Shown here: one piece after another, positions 58,201 to 64,000 of the stretch
Numbering within the stretch: position 1 is the first letter of the stretch
Layout: each line of letters opens with the position of its first letter
Origin: Amoebophrya sp. A120
Lineage: Eukaryota > Protista > Dinoflagellata
Reading direction: 5' to 3'
DNA: 64,000 bases
NCBI GenBank assembly: GCA_905178155.1
Contig: CAJINV010000001.1
Coordinates: 5,305,994-5,369,993, forward strand
Translations under genes and position numbers: made by a program
Notes under the pieces: generated by a model
The model's database searches: none
What the model was told of the DNA's origin: nothing
The model's input: the letters and a program-made list of their open reading frames with translations, nothing else

Positions 58201-58853
58201 ACCGTCTCTTTTTCGATCGAGACGGCCAGCGTCGAGCTGAGAAAAATCACGGCAACAATCACGGGCAGTGGGGCAAAGAACAGGGAAAGCACTTCGGGCC
58301 AGGCGTACAACCGCGTGAGCCCAGCGGTGGTCCCGTAGAACAGGATCAGTCGCAGCACGTGAACCAGCAACAGCGGAACAGCATAAATCAAACCGAAAAA
58401 AAACGCGTTCGCGAGCCAGTACGTGCCCCGTGGTAGCCCGTACAGCACCTGCACGTCGTACAATTTCGTGCCCGTTTCCTCGAAGACCAGATTCCCGAAC
58501 CCGGTAAACACGAACCACAGGGGCAGCAGAAACGCAAACCACGTCCGAAACGCCAGGTCCATTACAAGCATGTTGATCGGCATTGCTTGGTCCAGCCCGC
58601 GTCCGATTTCGGCCGCGTCTGTGTCAAAGCACAACGACCCGTAATCAGACCCCTCCGGCCGTACTGCAGGGCACTCGTAAGAGTTAGCGAGCTGTTTGCT
58701 AGCTTCACTTGCACCGCTGCTTGTGTACATCACGACCATCGAGATGATCATGATAACGACCAGGATGTACAAACCCAAAAACTGGCACCACCGCCCATTC
58801 CTCAGGTGAACGTCCGCGTTCTTGCCGAGAACTGTGCTAAACAAAGACGACAT
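52263..58853 (-). CDS. ABCA-subfamily full ABC transporter (2 TMD + 2 NBD), 2,196 aa, apparently intronless
   Basis: NBD1 GHNGAGKTT / LSGGQKRR / LMDEPTSG / STHYLEEAD. NBD2 GPNGAGKTT / YSGGMKRKL / FLDE. ABCA hallmarks TTMEEVF and PTLEQVFLKF. Two hydrophobic TM blocks. Confidence 0.95.
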   Translation of the reverse strand: MSSLFSTVLGKNADVHLRNGRWCQFLGLYILVVIMIISMVVMYTSSGASEASKQLANSYECPAVRPEGSDYGSLCFDTDAAEIGRGLDQAMPINMLVMDLAFRTWFAFLLPLWFVFTGFGNLVFEETGTKLYDVQVLYGLPRGTYWLANAFFFGLIYAVPLLLVHVLRLILFYGTTAGLTRLYAWPEVLSLFFAPLPVIVAVIFLSSTLAVSIEKETVYRPTVHLVGFLNGAVCVGLYVTGELYLPNRGASFLATAFAQDMKNFSLEAINIVGTKEYSAAATEKLEEMIVAKDPGLVSTCPNTFLGLPLALNMLAGVVCPGFSYVRIMERGAQLLRVLQDMRHRGTSPGWSSQLQHETPASAAAAKAVADEGSGLLNWQLPQGRPFWNSFLMPHSLYYCARDPSNPHPPVDALIGPDESPIWISTRLGAGAEGSKVVSFERPELIQQYADNAGAADLGANNGAYVLFVICDHLTLLLNALFWYGVLRYRLWCKDQAEQGDTAVTNAGAANTPAGVVLAHQQQPLLPQNNQAFPGGVGADDVLRIDDLTKSFGGKLANNHVSFSVHRGEIFCLLGHNGAGKTTLVGQITGLLQRTSGNIFIDGVSVADQPEAARHKVTLCPQHNAMWDAFTCRQHIVYFAHLRGIPEAEIAESLNRYAWELGIYEKLDTLCEKLSGGQKRRMWVLCSLLGKEVPLILMDEPTSGMDPQTRRDFWLLLKKLVSEERKTVVFSTHYLEEADLLAERKVILAAGRVRALGSSVELKHQFGLGFWVQASVTKGAVSEQEAQRILEQDVRRAVAAVVFAAPTARPEDVQVKASRVSAYFRAYLVPWAAVVRIPALLDALEAQFPALSVTVEQTTMEEVFQIVGEQAEDEEHAADSALDPAAKRAQQERDRALSRQPLRARVLTFGNQASSVFKFRFLAETLPSYGSHVFPLLVLATLWFFAFHFKVTESDPYAQDGGSLSLGQDGLTKLIFSGSTPGPGSLFFFFLIAQAFGPLQSRSFLQYQKERDEGILQHLTHHGCQRGAYHFGSISAYLLFPYLPYWILFLLAFLFAGGSWWFASGGFSVAFVFLVWLPGLLLSVLVPVTLGLFMGSRMHTGVVCLAFAMLIVLEGWEAGVTPHRFEALDPAKSTLKEHPPSCLEAFWDLQEGSQDLPSSPALKGFGRLASFAFPHLALENSFRILLQLRTALHLAPLASHAGSGSPSTQCLTMYFSRNWDQMSAESEGPGFVESAWAAVTNQDVESTTPAQEFMKQLYDTCGFSSFLETSPTSFVQTLQRGHGAQNADRGLLTDSATTNATANSKEAVVDYHEAPPPSGVVTFKTLNPDEDTASSAEVGGGAEPEQGDQLSSSGETTSTTSGTEESVQHFGTAAYYFVGSVPEGSPLAVMWGAGVGGKCSAVWSPGSAAFGGVWLPVYVLSFWVLLFFLLEKCLAHRRVTAAGAAREELPRPEPLQDADVAAEEARWPRDRDAVDVQGVYKKFVNPDGKPHWASKGVTLGIQPGECFGLLGPNGAGKTTLFNMMSGNDETGPPNLGSIHWLGKNTADDGFELARQHMGLAPQFDKLWPDVSGRLHLRIYAQVAGLYAEETADHVVEAGPPGGAPLNRPSPLDVEAGGAARARQRSDAGEERISRFLREVGLSEKDADRPTKEYSGGMKRKLSVALTMITDPPIVFLDEMSAGVDISAQRTLWDKLINRPTGQTIVTISHSMSEIDATADRIGILVAGRLKCLGDSLRLKQVYGNGYHLEVVLNLGKQTRKSRSHVLTQECVAPRASLADAQRAIAGGDGGKQARPEGEVSDTDFTEDEFLQMEDGGLSGDVVLAGANILSEKGQLQRGPEGEGSPRSTKNAAGPIKKKKSKSTILDNTAAMPQQRFSQQFRRSVDEKIASPVAGKDELSVETVEMFLVDSLMSYNIGIPRGEIHVLEKTPISSARVRLCLGLGVHVDRAGAAAKGGQGNKSSLRLSSVFKWCVQDPLKIIEDFGVGEPTLEQVFLKFAKEQELHDQAAEGAANGGLDPSHKGAGGPPGFGGKGLPPGGAVGFDPMKGGFPGGGKGGPSPPGMFPVKGGPGGKGMPPGFDPQMKGDPSGKGKGLPPMDKGDPSGKGLPPMNKGDLKGGLPPMDKGDLKGLPPMNKDDPSGKKGLPPMNKGDPSGKGLPQKKGDPGGKAVPPGFFWFDGDPNGKGPPPGFYPINKGGKK
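52290..52800 (-). repeat. Coding tandem repeat (K-G-D-P-S-G-K-G-L-P-P-M-N/D, 11-15 aa units) in the ABCA C-terminal tail
   Basis: About seven units of GDPSGKGLPPM(N/D)K / GDLKG(G)LPPM(N/D)K. DNA unit GATCACCCTT(G/A)(T/TC)CATCGG recurs across 52407-52575. Confidence 0.85.
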
Positions 58854-59670
58854 GATCCTCTCGTCGAAAGTGTCGATGCAGTAAAAATGTAGTAAACGAA
58901 TATCCTCCCGGAACCAAGGATAGGTACAAGCGAAAACAGGATTAGAAGTGGATGGAAGTTATTTCGAAGTAGCGAGTCTAAAAATGTTCTGTCCTCACTC
59001 GGAAAGAGTAAGGGAGACGATTCTCTACTGGGAGACGATGATTCTAAACACCAAAGAAAGGGCACGAGAGTTTAGGGTTCCTGAAAGTTTTGGATTTGGA
59101 TTTACTTTTCAACATCATTATCAATCTTCAAAATGGCAAGTCATGATGTTCCGCAGTCTTTGAAAAGAAGCACGAGATTCGCACGATACGACGACGGAGT
59201 TTCGCTACTACCAGCTAGGACGTATCACGAAGAATGAGTTACTGCTGTTGCAGTTCAAACGAGCACCACAACTATTTTTCCTACTTGCTACGACAAGAAA
59301 CCAGCACGACGGTGATGTTTCCACGAAAGAGAAAAGCCGTGCAGGACTTTCAGCACGAAGGAAACGGCATGATCGCGTACGAAGCAATTCCAAACGTCAT
59401 GGAGTCTTTATGTTTTTAGGTTTTGCTCCTGCTACTGATTCTGCGCAAGAGGAGCAGAATCCGTTTTGTCTCAAGAATGAAGTTGGAATCATGTTTCTCT
59501 TTCTGTTTTCATTTCACGAACTATGCGTGCAACATCGCATTCACTGCCAGTTCAGACCGATCGCGCCATTTTTGTGGACGCAAGACCAAAAGGAATTATC
59601 GCAGTCTTTCATTGAGCAGTTACAATAAGCTCGTTGAGTCCAACAAAAACTCATGACAGGCTGACAATGT

Positions 59671-59769
59671 TGTAAAAATGTCATGCATACCCGACGGACT
59701 GCACCACATCAAAAACCTTTGCACCGTCCGTCGCCGCAAGCAGCTTCGGGCGATGTAAAAATGTCATGC
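59671..59769. repeat. 16-bp perfect direct repeat TGTAAAAATGTCATGC, 83 bp apart, intergenic
   Basis: Copies at 59671-59686 and 59754-59769. Confidence 0.75.
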
Positions 59770-59908
59770 GCACAGCGACGTCAGCGGGCAAAATTTCCGA
59801 AGCTAAGTTTTCCGAATTGGCTCCCGACTTTTCCGGCCGGTCAGCAAAAGCAACGTCGTGTACTGCAGAAGTGAGGCCAGGAGGCGAGCCGCGTACTTAC
59901 GACGGGTT

Positions 59909-62058
59909 TCAGCCACAAAAGAGCAATGGCACAGCCAGCGCTCGTCCGAAAACAACGCCAAAGGATACGCCACAAACTACCCAGTCGTCGATTACGCCGA
60001 TGAATGCGAGCGAAAAAAGCACTTGCGCGACACTATGTTTATTTTTCGACGGGATTGAAATACGACGCTTTTTTCTACTGCCTCCCATCAAATGCAAAAA
60101 TGCCTTGAAAAATGAGAGCCAACATAGATGTACATCCATATCAATTGGACCAATTGCGGAAAGGCCGTGAAGTACTTACTTCTTCCATCCATACAGACCC
60201 CAGCAATCCAAACGTGACACCGTTTGTTGCAAATGCAATGCCCACACCAAGCATAGCGCTGATTCGGCGGATGCTGTAGTTGCATTTGCAAGGGCATCAC
60301 ATTGACATACGCACGAAAAAATTCTCGTCTCGGAGCAGCAACACTGGTTAAAAATAAAAAGCGATGAAAAAAATAAGACCCACACTGAGTAAAAGAAAAC
60401 GCAATGACTAGAGTGATGTGGAATACTAGCCCGGAACGTCGACAAGCTGCCCTTCTTTATCATAGACTGGGTGAAAGCGTCCGGCGCACAAGCGGCTGCG
60501 GTATGCAGGTGGGTGAAAAAAACGTGCTTCAACTCTGTCTCCTCGCAGCGCAACCGGAGCGGTTTCCAAATCTAAACCAAGTTCGCTCTCGACTTGTGGT
60601 CCTTTCCAACGACAGAACGTCATGGATGCTTCCGTAAAAAATCGCATAGGAACAACTCAATTGAGCGCCAAAACAGACAAAGACAGGCGAAACGCACTTT
60701 TTCCAATCTCGTACCCAGCGCAGAATTATGCCGACATAGAGAAAGTAGAGCCCCACACGAGCAAGACAGCAGTGGATTCGATGTCTCTTGAGCAGCAAGC
60801 TGCATGCGAAGAGCACCACGTCGGCAACCAGCGCCGTGCAGTACACGACGGCCCAAACACTGTCCCGCGTTGTCTCCTGCTCGCTTTTCGGCTTCCGTTC
60901 GTCCCAGGTGTTTGCCACAACAAAGCCCGCTACTGGAACCTGATCGCCGTTCCAGCTCTTTGATGTTGCCCCATACCCAGCAGTCTGGTGGTACATCAGT
61001 GGTTGCTGGTCATTCTGTCTCTGTCCCTGCAGTGCCGGCGCATGATTCGGATGATAGTGTGTCGCGTAGCCGTCAGGTCGAAGAGCGCTCTCCTGCGGAC
61101 CTGGCTCAAACATTCTTGAACCTCCTCCCTTCCAGACATCGCGCGGCGGAGGTGTCCTACTGCAAGGGCTCCGCTGCCCCGATGAATTATACCTTGTCGG
61201 GTAGAAGTTCTCCTTGTTACAACTCATTTCACAAGGACATCCTGCAGGACCCACATGCTGTGGCGCACCGCCAACTGCTGGATGCATTTTTTTGCTTTCT
61301 GGTTTTGTGGACTGAAAATGCGAACTGCTGGACCTTCTGTTCAACATATCTGCCGGCTCAACATGTTTCCTCCCATACTTGTGCGAGTGATAGGAGGGAG
61401 GCTGTGTACCATAACCGCTACCGCTTGATCCTCGACGATGTCGCTCATTAGTTGTGGGATGTTGATGCGCCGTACCACCAACACCACCAGTACCTACAGG
61501 CGTGACCGGCACGACCGGAGACCGCTGATGAGAGTGCTCCGAGGGGCAGCTTCCACGCGACTGATGGTTGTAGCAGGACACCACGACCGGATTCCGCGGT
61601 GAATACGGACTCAATATCTTCTGGTTGAAGGAGCTCGCGTTGGGATTTATCGAAATGTTGTTGAAGACGACAGGGTTCTCCTCTTGGTCCGTGCGTCTTC
61701 GTGGCAGGTCCAGTTGTCCGTTGCTGTAGTCCAACGGCGCAACAGCTCTCACTTGTAGTTCGGGTGCTCGTCCGGCTGCAGCCTGTACCACAACTTGCGG
61801 AGCTCGTTGTTGAGGACTGTGCACCATCATAGTAGTACTCGGATCATCGTTTCTTGATGCGACAGCCTGGGCGTGCGTTGCCCGGGCCGCGGATGGATTT
61901 TGCGCCGGGTGCCGTCCCTCCGCGGTCGTTGGCGGGCGGTAAAAGGCTTGCGTTTGCTGCAGCAGGGCCCGCGTCCGGTCGTCCACTGCGTCCTCAGGCT
62001 CCGCATCCGGTTCCACTTCCGGCTGGAACTCACCGTTGCTCCTGTTGATTCCTGACAT
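59909..62058 (-). CDS. Hypothetical multipass membrane protein with long disordered N-terminus; 3' exon structure only partly resolved
   Basis: ORF 60529..62115 (ATG 62058) ends in hydrophobic helices. Downstream pieces join through a GTAAGT..AG intron as ..GLYGWKN|VAQVLFSLAFIG..LAVPLLFCG*. The middle junctions were not resolved. Confidence 0.5.
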
Positions 62059-62856
62059 GATTGCTTCCAAATTGAGTGTGATGTTGTTCTTCAACGCTAA
62101 ATGCGATATTAGCACTAAAATCGCTAAGAACCTCCTTGGAGAAACTCACGACGCATACGTATTCGGAGCATCAAATTGAAATCTTCATCTTCGATAAACA
62201 TGCATCGGTATATAGAAGCGGAAAAACACCAGTACCTCGTGCAGATCTCCAAATGTGTTGGCTTCAAAAGGAAAAAATGAACTTGCTGTTCTTGTTGCAC
62301 AAAAAAGTGCCAATTTGAATTTGATCTCACATATGGAGAAAAATTAGCACGCGATCTTCAAGGTCACAAATTGACACTTGACAGGAACCAGCAAAGTTGC
62401 AAAGGAAAAAAAATCAGTAAGACCGGAACGCAATTCAAATTCTCAAACAGTCACAGAGAGAAAGCAAAAACGACCGAGGATCACGTCACAGATATTTTGT
62501 CACTTTGTCCGTTGTTGGAGAGCATCGTCTGCAAGAGGAGCTCCTCCGACACTACTCATGCAATGACGTCGACATTTTTCATACCGGGCTGCGTGTAGGC
62601 ACAGGTAGCAGTAAACTACCCTGAAAGTTATTTGCGTCAAACACAGTAAAAACTAAAATTAAAAAGCGTCGCTATTATCCACCGAGGCGCGACGTCTGCT
62701 TCATGTTGCAGCTTTTCACCAGCATAATTCCCTTGCGTTGTACCGCCCAGTGCTCATAGCGGTGTTCAAACTCTGTCTTCGATTCCGCAAAGAGAGGCCA
62801 AACTGAGAAGTGCGAACGCAAGGTGCAGCGGGTCTTCTCTGGCCTACATCGGCTCG

Positions 62857-64000
62857 TCAATAGTCTGGCGCGATGTCAGGCACTCCGGTTCGATGATCCT
62901 CCGATGACATGTACCTGAAAAGTTGTTTCGTATATCGTTCGCCGCACAGGTAGAGGTGCTCGCCCAAGGACGGTCATTTCTGTACAGCAGAGACTTGCGA
63001 AGAAGTACCTGCATCCCTAAAAGTTGACTAGCTCCTCCATCAGTCACGAGAATTTCATTGTACCACTCTGTGTATTTCCACATGTCGATCGTCGGTTCCC
63101 GGAAGTTTTTTTCTTCGAATTCGCACAGCTGCTCCATGAAACCCAAATTCGGCGTGATCGCCGCTCGCCGCGAACGCACCAGGAAAAAGGCGTCGTGCAG
63201 GGTGTAGTTTAGCTTGGCCATGAGGTACGAAATCACGACGGTGGCCGACCGGGAGACGCCGGCGCGGCAGTGCACAAAAACGCTCGGATATGGGGCCGAA
63301 AGAAAAACTCCTTCACATTTCTTATACGCAATGATTTTCCAGACATGGTGTGCGCAAGAGATTGTTTTTTGACAGAAACAATTATCTCAATCGTCCTCAA
63401 AAAGGTGGGGAACTAACACTCCGATGCATTTTCAGCAACCCAAACGTTTTGTGAAGTGGCTTTTTCCCTGCATACCTCCTCCTTCGACGTGAACGAGTGA
63501 ATGAAGTCATGCGCCTCCTCGAAGTACCTGATTGAGCCAAACAGCTTCCAACTCTTCAACACAAAAGCAAAACTTGAAGTTTCAACCTTCAGCACACGCA
63601 ACATGCATGACAATAAACCTCCAAAAATTCCAGTCATCAACACGGTTACTTTCTATGCGATAGGCATACCTCGCAACTACAGAAAAGTAATTTAAGTTTT
63701 AATACAGGTGTATGGGTTCCCGAGACTGGTCCTCGACATCGACGCGAAAGTATTTTATATCTGCCTGTTCCTCGGTGACCAAGAATTCCGTGTACGGACA
63801 GCAGCAGACCACCGCGACGATCTGGTACTGCCGCAAGACCTCGGGGTCACTTGCCGTTTCAATGGTCCCCAAATGCCAAATATAGCCGCCGGGGCGGAGG
63901 TAGTGAGGTCGTGGGCGTTTTCTTGCCGGCCGTCGCCTTGGCCGCGGCTTTGCTTTTTCTGGCCTCGCCATACCGCCGTGAGTAACGTTAGGCCTCACGG
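62857..64000 (-). CDS. Dual-specificity protein phosphatase (5' end at or beyond window edge); introns 63705..63528, 63475..63285 (or 63321), 63063..62915
   Basis: VHCRAGVSRSATVVISYLM, ITPNLGFMEQL, RVDVED (acid loop) and L|YFEEAHDFI. The last exon reads W|YMSSEDHRTGVPDIAPDY*. Confidence 0.9.

Overview
Eukaryotic, gene-dense window. Every credible gene lies on the minus strand (12 genes head-to-tail over 64 kb). Introns are short, and several are non-canonical inverted-repeat introns. This pattern best fits an Amoebophrya-like (syndinian dinoflagellate) genome; that is an inference. Genes in coordinate order: single-pass membrane protein, dynein light chain, SET-domain protein, TMEM216/17-family protein, pyrimidine 5'-nucleotidase (cN-III)-like protein, two-finger C2HC zinc-finger protein, GEN1/XPG nuclease, cytochrome b5-like protein, a giant AAA-vWA protein, ABCA transporter, unknown multipass membrane protein and dual-specificity phosphatase. 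Two things stand out. (1) Eight separate ORFs between 21334 and 50945 join in frame through seven GT-AG introns into one protein of about 9,505 aa. It has a midasin-like six-AAA ring with alternating intact and degenerate modules, tandem ASH/Ig-like domains, an acidic linker and four vWA/MIDAS domains. (2) Four MITE-like elements (TAT...ATA ends, terminal inverted repeats, perfect 5-bp target-site duplications) sit inside coding sequence. They restore the reading frame when removed as non-GT-AG introns (introners). Gene models were built by hand from sequence only, without RNA evidence.
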